A stretch of DNA of 64,000 nucleotides from an uncultured Acidobacteriota bacterium (GCA_913052135.1 CAJXDY010000004.1:18879-82878); one strand, 5' to 3'; counted from the first letter of the stretch, positions 19,683 through 30,094 are shown. Translations and numbers: made by a program. Notes: generated from the sequence alone by a model not told the origin.

Positions 19683-21767
19683 ATGAAAGATCTTTCCCGG
19701 GACGATCTTTTAAATGCCTATCGCCTGATGGTTCTCTCGCGACGCTTGGACGAAAAAGAAATTCAACTCAAGAACCAGAGTGCAACATTTTTTCAGATTA
19801 GCGCGGCTGGACATGAAGCTGTCCAAGTCGCTGCCGGAATGCTTCTCAGACCAGGCTACGACTGGATCTTTCCATACTATCGAGACCGAGCACTTTGTTT
19901 AACGCTCGGTGTTAGTCCAACAACCATGTTGTTGGGAGGGGTGGGTTCGGCAGAAGACCCCAGTTCTGGTGGGCGGCAAATGCCATCCCACTGGAGCAGC
20001 CGAGAGTCGCACATCGTATCGCCATCAAGCGCAACGGGAACTCAATGCCTTCACGCGGTGGGCTGTGCTGAAGCTGGCGTTCTCGCTGCGACGCAGCGCA
20101 CGGCTGACAAGGCCTTGATATCCGCCCACGATGATGAGGTCGTTCTAGTGTCGCTTGGCGAAGGCGCAACCAGTGAAGGTGAATTTTGGGAAGCCTTAAG
20201 TGCAACCTGTCTTCGAAAACTTCCGGTCGTCTACCTGATTCAAGACAATGGCTACGCTATTTCCGTACCAGTCGATGCACAAACACCGGGTGGGAGTATT
20301 TCCACCCTCGTCGAACGATTTCCTACGCTCCGCACGATAAGCATTGATGGAACAGATTTTTTCGAGAGTTACAGTGGCATGCATGAAGCGATTACTTACG
20401 CCCAATCACGAAAGGGCCCAGCGTTAGTGCATGCCAGCGTCGTACGCCTGCACTCTCATTCGTTGTCTGACGATCAGAAAGCATATCGAAGCGAAGCGGA
20501 ATGCCAGGCCGATCTTGAGCAAGATCCACTAAAACTATTCAAACATTGGTGCATCCAGGAATCGATAGCCAGTGAGGCAGACCTCAAGAAAATCGAGTCA
20601 GCTGTCGACAATGATATTGCTGAAGCAACCAGTCAGGCACTTAAAGCCTCTCAGCCAAATCCCGCGACTGTTCTGGATTATTTGTATTCACCTAAAATCG
20701 ATCCAGCGTCAACAGCCTTCACTTCTGAACCAACGCCATCCGGCGATCCGGAAACCATGGTGACAGCAATTAACCATACATTACGGGATGAAATGACTTG
20801 TAATCCTCATATGGTGATGTTTGGACAGGATATAGCGGACTGCAGTCGAACAGAATCGCTGCCGTCAGTGTCTGGCAAAGGTGGCGTATTTAAAGTTACC
20901 CATGGACTTCAGCGAGCATTCGGGGAAGACCGGGTCTTCAATACACCGGTAGCCGAGGCCGGTATTGTTGGCCGTGCTCTAGGCATGGCAATACGAGGAA
21001 TCAAGCCGGTAGTGGAAATTCAGTTTTTCGACTATATCTGGCCGGCAATGATGCAGCTCCGCAACGAAATCTCCATGTTGCGCTACAGGTCGAACAACAC
21101 CTACGCGTGCCCTATGGTAATTCGTGTGCCCATTGGAGGCTATTTGCGGGGAGGATCGCTTTATCACAGTCAGTCAGGCGAAAGTATTTTTGCGCACTGC
21201 CCAGGCCTGCGGATCGCCTACCCATCGAATGCAGAAGATGCGAGTGGACTGCTTCGCACTGCTATTCGATGCGACGATCCCGTGCTCTTTTTTGAACATA
21301 AGCACCTTTACCGACAGACTTACAATAAACATCCGTATCCTGGGGCTGATTACACTATTCCGTTCGGACAGGCTGCGGTCCGCCGTGAGGGTCATGACAT
21401 TGTCGTCGTAACGTGGGGTGCTCTTGTACAACGGTCGTTACTGGCCGCCCAGCAAGCGTCGAAAGCCAACATAAGTGTCATGGTGCTCGACCTACGCACC
21501 ATAGCCCCTTACGATTGGGAGAGTATTGCCAGTGCGATTCAACAGACAAACCGGGTCGTCATCGCCCACGAAGATCAGCTTACTTGCGGCTTTGGCGCCG
21601 AACTTGGATCTCGCATTGCCGAGGAACTTTTCGATTGCCTAGACGCACCAATCAAGCGCGTTGCCGCCCTTGATTGCCCCGTCGCCTACCACCCAATTCT
21701 GGAAGAACAGATCTTGCCACAAACTAATGACATTCTGAAAGCTATCCAAGAGGTTGCTAGTTATTAA
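19683..21767 (+). CDS. Fused alpha/beta E1 component of a 2-oxoacid (branched-chain type) dehydrogenase, TPP-dependent
   Basis: The N-terminal half is E1-alpha-like ([19 protein letters not shown]...IQDNGYAIS). The C-terminal half is E1-beta-like ([12 protein letters not shown]...[12 protein letters not shown]). The ORF track starts at 19614; the MKDLSRDD start at 19683 is more likely. Confidence 0.85.
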   Translation: MKDLSRDDLLNAYRLMVLSRRLDEKEIQLKNQSATFFQISAAGHEAVQVAAGMLLRPGYDWIFPYYRDRALCLTLGVSPTTMLLGGVGSAEDPSSGGRQMPSHWSSRESHIVSPSSATGTQCLHAVGCAEAGVLAATQRTADKALISAHDDEVVLVSLGEGATSEGEFWEALSATCLRKLPVVYLIQDNGYAISVPVDAQTPGGSISTLVERFPTLRTISIDGTDFFESYSGMHEAITYAQSRKGPALVHASVVRLHSHSLSDDQKAYRSEAECQADLEQDPLKLFKHWCIQESIASEADLKKIESAVDNDIAEATSQALKASQPNPATVLDYLYSPKIDPASTAFTSEPTPSGDPETMVTAINHTLRDEMTCNPHMVMFGQDIADCSRTESLPSVSGKGGVFKVTHGLQRAFGEDRVFNTPVAEAGIVGRALGMAIRGIKPVVEIQFFDYIWPAMMQLRNEISMLRYRSNNTYACPMVIRVPIGGYLRGGSLYHSQSGESIFAHCPGLRIAYPSNAEDASGLLRTAIRCDDPVLFFEHKHLYRQTYNKHPYPGADYTIPFGQAAVRREGHDIVVVTWGALVQRSLLAAQQASKANISVMVLDLRTIAPYDWESIASAIQQTNRVVIAHEDQLTCGFGAELGSRIAEELFDCLDAPIKRVAALDCPVAYHPILEEQILPQTNDILKAIQEVASY

Positions 21768-21874
21768 ATGCCTTACCATTTTTTGGAAAGACACAATCTG
21801 CCTCTCGCTGCAGACACTAACGTATCGTAATTTTTTTGCCGTCAATAACAGGTTAATTGGTAGACTCTCGACCG

Positions 21875-22762
21875 CTAGACTGAACTCGTGACGCGCTGGA
21901 TCTTCGTCAGCCCTACACCCACAAGAATCGCGAGAGCACCCGCCACCTTGGCGAAACCAATGGGTTCATCCAACCAGAGGGTAGCAATTATCATTGCCGG
22001 CACGGGAACGACATTCCCGTAAATAGATGTACGGGCACTACCGATGCGCTGCACCGCTGTGCACCAGATCAAATATGACACAACAAGTGCAAAGATGGCT
22101 GAATACGTAAGGCCAGCCCACGCTGATCCACTAATGGTCATCCAGTCAATTTGTACGAGTTCGACAAACCCAAGCGGAAGAAATAGCACTGTGCCAATAA
22201 TAAAGGTGCAGGCAGTAACAACTAGCGGTGAATATTTTGTGAGTAACTTTTTTGCAAACACCGTGTAGACCGCCCAACACAATACCGCTCCTAACATAAA
22301 CACATCGCCTATAACAGAATCCAGAGCAACACTCGCTTGACGACCGACAATAAGATAGAGCCCTGCAAACGAGAGACTGATTCCCAACCAATGCACAGCT
22401 GACACCTTGGCGGAACCGCGACAGAGCATGACGATGGCGACAAACACTGGTGTCAGTCCCAGAATTAATGAACTGTTGGACACACTTGTTCGCACGATGC
22501 CTTCAATGAAGCAAAGCTGATAAAAGAAGTGCCCGACAATCGCTAGACCTACAAGTGTCGGCCAGTCACTCCGTGATGGTAATGGTTCTCGATAAAATCG
22601 CAGGAGTCCCAGAAATAGGATTGCTGCAATGGCCATCCTTATTGTGTTAAACGCGAAGACAGGAAATTCGCTGATCGCAACCTTGACTATGCTGAAATTG
22701 CTGCCCCAGAAGATGGTCATCAACAACAACAAGCCATCGATGGGTTTTACGTGCGGACGCAT
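21875..22762 (-). CDS. EamA/DMT-family transporter
   Basis: 295 aa with about ten predicted TM segments and a duplicated EamA-like organisation. Confidence 0.75.
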   Translation of the reverse strand: MRPHVKPIDGLLLLMTIFWGSNFSIVKVAISEFPVFAFNTIRMAIAAILFLGLLRFYREPLPSRSDWPTLVGLAIVGHFFYQLCFIEGIVRTSVSNSSLILGLTPVFVAIVMLCRGSAKVSAVHWLGISLSFAGLYLIVGRQASVALDSVIGDVFMLGAVLCWAVYTVFAKKLLTKYSPLVVTACTFIIGTVLFLPLGFVELVQIDWMTISGSAWAGLTYSAIFALVVSYLIWCTAVQRIGSARTSIYGNVVPVPAMIIATLWLDEPIGFAKVAGALAILVGVGLTKIQRVTSSV

Positions 22763-22771
22763 ATGACGATA

Positions 22772-22798
22772 GGTGAGCCGAATACGATTCGACTCACC
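22772..22798 (-). terminator. Hairpin just downstream of atpE; possible attenuator, processing site or weak terminator
   Basis: In ggtgagccgaatacgattcgactcacc, GGTGAG pairs with CTCACC and CGAAT with ATTCG, with a 3-nt loop and one mismatch. No clear U-tract follows on the minus-strand transcript. Confidence 0.3.
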
Positions 22799-22815
22799 CG
22801 ATTCGCCTCCAATAA

Positions 22816-23169
22816 TTATCCGCCGAAAGGCTTCACGAAAAAGAGAATCAGGGAAATAAGTAGCACGTAGATAACGAGCGACTCGATTAGCACGAGACCC
22901 AGAATCAGCACAAACCGAATCTCTGGAGCTGCATTTGGGTTTCGCGCAATCCCTTCAGCTGCAGCGGCCAAACCACGTGACTGAGCAAGCGTGCCAAACG
23001 CTGCTGCAATAGCCAACGCGAATCCTGCCGTAATGATGGACCACTTATGCAACTCTCCCAAATCGAAGCCCTGGGCGGTCCCAGCTTCTTGCGCGTACAG
23101 TGGCGAAATAAGCCCTGCTGCCATCACCAGTAACATTAACACCCACGTAAACCGTGTATTCACAAGCAT
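22816..23169 (-). CDS. atpE: F-type ATP synthase subunit c with an N-terminal extension
   Basis: 117 aa. The core is GTLAQSRGLAAAAEGIARNPNAAP...LVLIESLVIYVLL. About 35 extra N-terminal residues resemble a signal peptide or an extra helix. Confidence 0.88.
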   Translation of the reverse strand: MLVNTRFTWVLMLLVMAAGLISPLYAQEAGTAQGFDLGELHKWSIITAGFALAIAAAFGTLAQSRGLAAAAEGIARNPNAAPEIRFVLILGLVLIESLVIYVLLISLILFFVKPFGG

Positions 23170-23260
23170 AGCCTCCTCAAAATCAAAATAAACGCACCAT
23201 TACATTCATCAAGAAATAATTGACCGCGCAGCCCCACCTAGGTTGAGCGAAACGCAGATG

Positions 23261-24064
23261 TTACGCATGCACGGCAACAGCTCCACCGTTAGCAGATTCC
23301 TCATCTTCATGGTCATGATCGACTGTTACTGCTCCTTGGAGGTAGATCATTGTCAACATTACAAAAATAAACGCTTGCAAGGATCCCGTAAGAATGCCCA
23401 TGAACATCATCGGTATCGGTACAACCAAAGGTACGATCACGAATAAGATCGCGATCACCAATTCTTCACCAAACACGTTACCGAATAACCGAACGGACAA
23501 GGACAACACTCGGGATAAGTGACTAATGATTTCAATCGGGAAAAAAATTGGGGCGATCCACATTGGCGCCCCTGGTGGAGCTGCAAAATGTTTCAGGTAG
23601 GCGATCGGACCTTGTTCTCTCACACCATGCCAATGGTAGTAAACGCAGACTGTCAGAGCGCAGCCGAGTGTGACATTAATATTACTGGTCGGCGCCATTA
23701 ATCCAGGAATGAGTCCCATCAGATTACCCAGCGCAATGAATAACCCCACCGTGCCAACAAGCGTTAGGTAAGCCGGGCCTTTCGGTCCAACAATGTCCAG
23801 CAATAACGTCCTGAGTGCGCTTAATCCATCTTCAAAAACCAGTTGTACCGGCCCAGGATTCTCACAACTAAGATTACGGCTAAGTATGGAACCGACAGTG
23901 CCCACGACGCCAATAATTAACAACGACATCACTAAATAATCAGGAATGAGATCACTTCCGACAGGACTGTGCAGTCCGAACAGGCCAAAAATTGGGGTAA
24001 GAATGGGCTCCAAAACGGCATTTACCGCCTTGACAATCAATAAATCGTGGATCAGGGCTTCCAT
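23261..24064 (-). CDS. atpB: F-type ATP synthase subunit a
   Basis: 267 aa polytopic protein. LSLSVRLFGNVFGEE contains the conserved stator arginine. Confidence 0.9.
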   Translation of the reverse strand: MEALIHDLLIVKAVNAVLEPILTPIFGLFGLHSPVGSDLIPDYLVMSLLIIGVVGTVGSILSRNLSCENPGPVQLVFEDGLSALRTLLLDIVGPKGPAYLTLVGTVGLFIALGNLMGLIPGLMAPTSNINVTLGCALTVCVYYHWHGVREQGPIAYLKHFAAPPGAPMWIAPIFFPIEIISHLSRVLSLSVRLFGNVFGEELVIAILFVIVPLVVPIPMMFMGILTGSLQAFIFVMLTMIYLQGAVTVDHDHEDEESANGGAVAVHA

Positions 24065-24080
24065 GTAGTAGTAAGTGTCC

Positions 24081-24515
24081 TTACGAAGACATCCTGCTCC
24101 TCGAAACTACCCGAAAACTTTCGAGTGCAATTGCGAAAACCACGCAGGAGGCACCCACAAATAATCCCAGAGCATGCAGGCGAAAACGAGCAATCATAAC
24201 GTACCCGATCAAACCGAGTAAAGCATACCGTAGGACGAACTTTGCCATCACCGTAGCTATCACGCGACGACTCGTCCGATTTTCAACACCTCGCGCCTGT
24301 CCTCCCACGCGAGTAAGCGCGGAGACCATGCCGTCAACAACTAACTTAATGACGCTGTAACTGACACCAGTCACAGCCCCACCCGCCAGAATTCCGATCA
24401 CTGCATCAATTCGATCAGCCGCAACCAACCACGCAATCGCTGCAAATACAATGCAGGCAACAATTGCATTCCGTTCAATTCGACGCAGTACCGGGTCCGC
24501 CTCCTTGCCGATCAT
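24081..24515 (-). CDS. atpI: ATP synthase protein I-like membrane protein
   Basis: 144 aa with four hydrophobic segments. It lies immediately upstream of atpB. Confidence 0.6.
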   Translation of the reverse strand: MIGKEADPVLRRIERNAIVACIVFAAIAWLVAADRIDAVIGILAGGAVTGVSYSVIKLVVDGMVSALTRVGGQARGVENRTSRRVIATVMAKFVLRYALLGLIGYVMIARFRLHALGLFVGASCVVFAIALESFRVVSRSRMSS

Positions 24516-24735
24516 TCAAGAAGCTCTCCGAAACCCTGAAGACATTGAGGACTCCAGCCGTCACACCTAAAAAGAAGAACACCAGGAAAAACCACGGAGA
24601 TGAACCAAGCCAACTATCAAGTAAATACCCGAATCCTGCTCCCATCACCACGGCTAGAACAAACGAGAGGCCGACTGCACTAAGTGCCCCGACTGTTTGG
24701 AGTGTGCCCAAGCGCGTTCGGCTGAGACGTAGCAT
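24475..24735 (-). CDS. atpZ: AtpZ/AtpI-family small membrane protein
   Basis: 86 aa. GFGYLLDSWLGSSPWFFLVFFFLGVTAGVLNVFR is typical of the AtpZ family. It overlaps the next ORF by 41 nt. Confidence 0.65.
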   Translation of the reverse strand: MLRLSRTRLGTLQTVGALSAVGLSFVLAVVMGAGFGYLLDSWLGSSPWFFLVFFFLGVTAGVLNVFRVSESFLNDRQGGGPGTASN

Positions 24736-24774
24736 CTGCTGTTTGCTAGAATCGAGGGACGGTAAAGCAACAAC

Positions 24775-26250
24775 TCAATAAAACAGAGCGCCGACAATAA
24801 CAGGCTCACGGAGCACCTGTGTCGACGCCGCTGCTAACTCAAAAAGTGGACCCGGATACAGCCCGAATACGATCGTGCCGACCAAAGTAATTACTAAAGC
24901 GGCAACCATCGCCGGGCTAACTCTAATCGGTGGCCCAGCAATCTCTTCCTTGATCCACATATAAACAATGACACGAATGTAGTAATACAGCGAAATGGCA
25001 CTGTTTCCCACTGCTACGACAGCCAGCCAAATATAGCCACTTTCAATCGCGGCACTAAACAGCCAAAATTTACCCATAAATCCGGCTGTTGGTGGTATGC
25101 CACCCAGCGACAGCATGAAAAAGAGCATCGCAAAAGCTGCAACCGGATACCTAGAATACAGGCCGCTTAAGTCCTTAAGTTCATCACCCGCTACATTCTC
25201 GCGCCGCAACATTGTCACCACAGCAAAGGCACCTAACTGCATGAAAACATAGACCATTAGGTATACAAAGATGGCTGTAAAACCTCTTGGCGTACCCGCA
25301 ACAACACCAATCAATATGTAACCTGCGTGAGCAATCGACGAATAGGCGAGCATTCGCTTAATGTTGCTTTGCGTAATGGCCGCAATATTACCCAGGGTCA
25401 TCGTAATAATCGCCAAGGCGTAGAAGATAGGCCTCCACTCCTCAACTAACCCGGGTAATCCTTCGAAAAAAATTCGGAGCAACATGGCAAAGGCCGCCGC
25501 TTTTGATCCCACCGATAGAAACGCGGTGACCGGTGTCGGGGCACCTTCGTACACATCAGGCGCCCACATATGAAATGGCACTGCAGCAATTTTAAAGCCA
25601 ATGCCCGCAATTACTAAAATTATTGCAACTAATAGCAGACCATCCGATTCACCTGCCACAAACGTAGCTGTCAATTCTCTTAAATTTGTTGTGCCGGACA
25701 GTCCATAAAGAATGGACATCCCGTAAAGGAGAAGGCCTAAGGAAAAAGCGCCTAACAAGAAATACTTCACGGCAGCTTCATTTGATCGACGGTTAGGTTT
25801 CACATAGCCGACCAAGATATAAAATGCAACTGCCATCGTTTCCAGGCCAATAAAGATCGCAATTAAATCGATCCCGCTCGCCATAAACATCATGCCGAGC
25901 GTCGCACATAAGATTAGGAAATAGTACTCACCGACCTTGAGTCCTTCTGCTTCCAAGTATGACGACGACATTAAGACGGTAATGGCAGCAGCACCGAGAA
26001 AAATTAGTTTGAAGAAAAACGCGAAGCCATCAATCGCCAACAGTCCACGTGACACAACCAGATTTGCGCCAGAAAATGGAAGCAAGGTAAGTGCGGTCGC
26101 TCCAAGAACAGCGAGAGCGCACCATCCAAGAACACGCTGGTGTTGCCTTGAGGTAAACAGGTCGACGATCAAGAGCAGTAATGCTCCGGCCGTCAGCACG
26201 ATCTCGGGCAGGATATATTGAAAATCCTGCATCGAAAAGCCGGCTGGCAT
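24775..26250 (-). CDS. nuoN: NADH-quinone oxidoreductase subunit N
   Basis: 491 aa antiporter-like subunit with FHMWAPDVYEGAPTPVTAF. Confidence 0.92.
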   Translation of the reverse strand: MPAGFSMQDFQYILPEIVLTAGALLLLIVDLFTSRQHQRVLGWCALAVLGATALTLLPFSGANLVVSRGLLAIDGFAFFFKLIFLGAAAITVLMSSSYLEAEGLKVGEYYFLILCATLGMMFMASGIDLIAIFIGLETMAVAFYILVGYVKPNRRSNEAAVKYFLLGAFSLGLLLYGMSILYGLSGTTNLRELTATFVAGESDGLLLVAIILVIAGIGFKIAAVPFHMWAPDVYEGAPTPVTAFLSVGSKAAAFAMLLRIFFEGLPGLVEEWRPIFYALAIITMTLGNIAAITQSNIKRMLAYSSIAHAGYILIGVVAGTPRGFTAIFVYLMVYVFMQLGAFAVVTMLRRENVAGDELKDLSGLYSRYPVAAFAMLFFMLSLGGIPPTAGFMGKFWLFSAAIESGYIWLAVVAVGNSAISLYYYIRVIVYMWIKEEIAGPPIRVSPAMVAALVITLVGTIVFGLYPGPLFELAAASTQVLREPVIVGALFY

Positions 26251-26253
26251 GTG

Positions 26254-27936
26254 TCAGTTACCTCCTGCCAATGCACTACCCCTTAGCATGGAACCGTTAG
26301 ATGGCTCGCTGGTGAGCTTGTCATCTGGGCACGCTTCTGCGACTACTCCATCCACTCGTTCGCTTTCTTTTGCCAATCGCACCTCAGCATGGCTGGGGTC
26401 GTCCTGGCACACCGCCATGACATTCTGTGGAGCGTAATCCGCATTCACCCGCGTCATCACACGCTCAACAGACGTTTCCAGGCGCCGCAAGAATGGAGAA
26501 GGATAAAGCCCAATCCACACTGCCAAGATGATAAGCGGCACGAACGTTGCTAGTTCTCGCACATTCAAATCAGCAAGTCCTTCATTCTTAGGATTATCAA
26601 TCGTGCCAAACATCGTTCGCTGGTACAGCCACAGCATATAGGCAGCACCTAGCACAATTCCGGTTGCAGCAACAGCCGCCCACCATTTACTAACCACGAA
26701 GACGCCCTGCAGAATTAAGATTTCGCCAATGAATCCATTGAGTGTTGGCAGCCCAATCGACGACATCGTCATGATTAGAAACACAGCGGCAAAGACTGGC
26801 ATGGTCTTCGATAATCCGCCATACTCAGAAATTTCTCGCGTATGTCGACGTTCGTACACAATTCCTACGATTAAGAAAAGTGCCCCGGTTGAAATGCCAT
26901 GGTTAATTTGCTGAATAATGCTGCCAGTAATACCCACTGGAGTTAACGCAAACATACCCAGCATCACCAGCCCCATATGGCTAACTGAGGAGTAAGCTAC
27001 TAAACGCTTCCAGTCACTCTGTGAGAGCGCCACTAACGCGCCATAAATAATGCCAACGATAGAAAGTCCGGCAATCAACGGTACAAAGCTTACGGTGGCA
27101 TCAGGCAAAATCGGAAGACTGAACCGAATAAACCCGTACGTCCCCATCTTTAACAAGACAGCTGCCAGAATGACTGAGCCGGCTGTCGGCGCATCAGTGT
27201 GTGCATCTGGTAGCCATGTGTGAAACGGAAACATTGGCACTTTGACAGCAAAACCAAGGAAGAACGCTAAAAAGACCCACCATTGTAAATCCACCGGCAT
27301 ATTTAGTTCATGGAACTGAGTAACGTCGAACGTGTAAACACCGGTCACACTGTACTGGTAAAAATAAACCGCCAGAATACCCAGCAACATCACAACGCTG
27401 CCTACAAGTGTGTACAGGAAAAACTTGATAGCCGAATACAAACGATTGTCGCTACCCCAGATCCCAATCAAGAAATACATCGGAACAAGCATCACTTCCC
27501 AAAACAAGAAAAACAGCAAAAAATCGAGAGTGATAAATGCACCGATCATGCCCGTCTGCAACACAAGCAGAAAAATATAGTATTCCTTCACCCGCTCAGT
27601 GATCGCCGTCCAAGATGACAAGATCGCGATCATCCCCATCAGCGTAGTCAGCAAGACGAGCAACGAACTGAACCCATCAACCCCCAGGAAATATTCAGCT
27701 CCAATTGATGGAATCCACGGCGCCCGCTCGACAAATTGCCAATCTGGATTTGCTGAGTCGTACCAGAACCAAAGTGGCAACGAGACAAGGAACCCCAAAG
27801 ACGCAACGATGTTAGCAATCCATCGAATCGTATCGTCACGACGGCGATCAACGAACAACAAGATGATCGCGCCTACAAGCGGCAGCAATAAAATAAGTGA
27901 CAGTAGTGGAAATTCAGCAGCGTTATTCATATTCAT
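26254..27936 (-). CDS. nuoM: NADH-quinone oxidoreductase subunit M, with a roughly 70-aa C-terminal tail
   Basis: 560 aa with FHTWLPDAHTDAPTAGSVILAAVLLKMGTYG. Confidence 0.92.
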   Translation of the reverse strand: MNMNNAAEFPLLSLILLLPLVGAIILLFVDRRRDDTIRWIANIVASLGFLVSLPLWFWYDSANPDWQFVERAPWIPSIGAEYFLGVDGFSSLLVLLTTLMGMIAILSSWTAITERVKEYYIFLLVLQTGMIGAFITLDFLLFFLFWEVMLVPMYFLIGIWGSDNRLYSAIKFFLYTLVGSVVMLLGILAVYFYQYSVTGVYTFDVTQFHELNMPVDLQWWVFLAFFLGFAVKVPMFPFHTWLPDAHTDAPTAGSVILAAVLLKMGTYGFIRFSLPILPDATVSFVPLIAGLSIVGIIYGALVALSQSDWKRLVAYSSVSHMGLVMLGMFALTPVGITGSIIQQINHGISTGALFLIVGIVYERRHTREISEYGGLSKTMPVFAAVFLIMTMSSIGLPTLNGFIGEILILQGVFVVSKWWAAVAATGIVLGAAYMLWLYQRTMFGTIDNPKNEGLADLNVRELATFVPLIILAVWIGLYPSPFLRRLETSVERVMTRVNADYAPQNVMAVCQDDPSHAEVRLAKESERVDGVVAEACPDDKLTSEPSNGSMLRGSALAGGN

Positions 27937-27987
27937 AAAACAACCAGTAGCTTTAGGGTTATGTACGTCAATCCCATTGCACCCACG

Positions 27988-30063
27988 TCAACTCACTATG
28001 AAATACACACTAACGAAAACGAAAACACCCAACAGCATCACAAGCGCGTAGTTTTGAATTAGACCAGTTTGTATACGACGCACGCTAAAACTGGACTCCG
28101 AAGCACTCCAACCGACAAGGTTCACCAGTCCATCAACAACATACTTATCGAAAAGATGCGACAACCAGCCTGAGAAAACTGTGAGCCGAGCAGTCAGGTT
28201 GACTGCGCCGTCGACAACACGGGCGTCAAATTGCCATAATTTTTTGGCACTCAGCATCGTACCGCGAACAGCTGTCGCGTTGTAGAACTCGTCGACATAA
28301 TATTTGTTGAGCAATACACGATGTGCTCGTGCCCACTGGTTTCGCATGCGCTCTGCCAATTCTGGTCTCTGCACATAAAATCGGTAAGCTAGGCCAATCG
28401 CACTTACCGAGATCAGCACTGACAAAGCCATCAAACCCAATTCTCCAGCATGGGACATATGAGCCGCTGGTACCGCAGTCGCTACAGCCAAGCTTGGTTC
28501 AAGAAAATGTTCGATGGCATTGTTTCCACCGAGAGCTGCAGGGATGCCCACGAAACCCGCAACAATCGCCCCGATCGCCAAAATCGCTAACGGTACGGTC
28601 ATCATTCTTGGTGACTCGTGCGGTCCATGCCAGGGGCCATGACCACCATGGGTAGCCGTTGATGTTTCGTTTTCGTGGTTGTCCGTCTGCCACGCCGGAC
28701 CTCGGTAATTACCGAAAAACGTCATGGACATCAAGCGGAACATATAAAAAGACGTCATGGCTGCCGTCAATACGGCGAGTCCCCAAAACACCCGATTACT
28801 AAGGAATGTACGAAATAAAATTTCGTCTTTGCTGAAAAATCCTGCAAGCGGCGGTATCCCGGCAATCGCTAAACTACCAATTAACATTGTTATAAACGTT
28901 ACCGGCATGTACGCTCTCAGACCACCCATGCGCCGCATATCCTGCTCGTGATTCATCGCGCGGATAACCGACCCGCTTCCAAGGAACAAGAGTGCTTTGA
29001 AGAAGGCGTGTGTCATTAAATGAAATACACCCGCTGTATACGCGCCAACGCCCATGGCTACAAACATGTAGCCCAACTGCGAGACGGTCGAATAGGCCAA
29101 AACTCGTTTAATGTCGTACTGGACCAATCCAATTGTCGCCGCAACAAACGCAGTCAATAAACCAACAATGGCCACGATTTCCATCACCATGGGTGCATGC
29201 GAAAAGAGGACAGCATTTCGGGCGACCATGTAGACGCCAGCCGTAACCATTGTTGCCGCATGGATCAATGCCGATACCGGAGTCGGACCCTCCATCGCAT
29301 CGGGTAACCAGACATAAAGTGGAATCTGCGCGCTTTTGCCTGTTGCACCAACGAACAACAGCAAGCAAATTATAGACAAGACGCCGAACTGGGCGATTTC
29401 AATGGGCATCTCGGCTGCAATATTAGCCACTGCTTTGAAATCAACAGTACCGAATGTGAAAAATATGAAGAAGATAGCTAATACAAATCCCCAGTCTCCA
29501 ATCCGATTGACCAGAAAAGCCTTCTTCCCAGCATCAGACGCACTCTTTTTTTCGTAATAAAATCCAATAAGCAGATAGGAACACAGCCCTACACCCTCCC
29601 AGCCAACGAACATAACTAAAAGGTTCGCCCCAAGAACCAGAGTCAGCATGAAAAAGCAGAACAAATTTAAGTAACAAAAATATCTTGCATAGGCACCCCG
29701 CGGTTCGTCATGCATATAGGAAACGGAATACATATGGATAAGAAACCCAATACCAGACACGATTAAAATCATCATGGCAGACAAAGGATCTAAGCGAAAT
29801 GCCCAAGGAACTTCGAAGGCTCCAATGCCATTAGCTGTTGCCAATGGGATAGGAGGGATCCAATTCGCCAAGACTACGACGTGTTCACGAGCCTCAAGGC
29901 CCAATAAATCCACGAACGCCATTAGAGACAGGACAGCCGCAATCCCCATTGATGCGCAAGCGACAGTTGCTGACTGTGCCTTATTGAACAGTCGGATTCC
30001 AACTAAGCCATTAATGGCCGCGCCGATTCCGGGTACTAAGGGGATTAACCAAATTAGATCCAT
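27988..30063 (-). CDS. nuoL: NADH-quinone oxidoreductase subunit L
   Basis: 691 aa with WLPDAMEGPTPVSALIHAATMVTAGVY and a long C-terminal lateral-helix region. Confidence 0.93.
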   Translation of the reverse strand: MDLIWLIPLVPGIGAAINGLVGIRLFNKAQSATVACASMGIAAVLSLMAFVDLLGLEAREHVVVLANWIPPIPLATANGIGAFEVPWAFRLDPLSAMMILIVSGIGFLIHMYSVSYMHDEPRGAYARYFCYLNLFCFFMLTLVLGANLLVMFVGWEGVGLCSYLLIGFYYEKKSASDAGKKAFLVNRIGDWGFVLAIFFIFFTFGTVDFKAVANIAAEMPIEIAQFGVLSIICLLLFVGATGKSAQIPLYVWLPDAMEGPTPVSALIHAATMVTAGVYMVARNAVLFSHAPMVMEIVAIVGLLTAFVAATIGLVQYDIKRVLAYSTVSQLGYMFVAMGVGAYTAGVFHLMTHAFFKALLFLGSGSVIRAMNHEQDMRRMGGLRAYMPVTFITMLIGSLAIAGIPPLAGFFSKDEILFRTFLSNRVFWGLAVLTAAMTSFYMFRLMSMTFFGNYRGPAWQTDNHENETSTATHGGHGPWHGPHESPRMMTVPLAILAIGAIVAGFVGIPAALGGNNAIEHFLEPSLAVATAVPAAHMSHAGELGLMALSVLISVSAIGLAYRFYVQRPELAERMRNQWARAHRVLLNKYYVDEFYNATAVRGTMLSAKKLWQFDARVVDGAVNLTARLTVFSGWLSHLFDKYVVDGLVNLVGWSASESSFSVRRIQTGLIQNYALVMLLGVFVFVSVYFIVS

Positions 30064-30094
30064 ATTTGCTCACGCCAACCGTGATATGCGATTG

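Noticed and set aside
21768-21874. A search for an intrinsic terminator between the convergent E1 and EamA genes.
   Set aside because: I found only a 5-bp stem (TCTGC/GCAGA around 21798-21815) with no U-tract. Not convincing enough to annotate.
22816-24735. The possibility that atpZ-atpI-atpB-atpE belongs to an N-ATPase operon.
   Set aside because: N-ATPase operons start with the beta and epsilon genes (atpD, atpC) and continue with b, alpha and gamma after c. None of these is present. The first small protein has the AtpZ-family motif rather than an AtpR-like motif.
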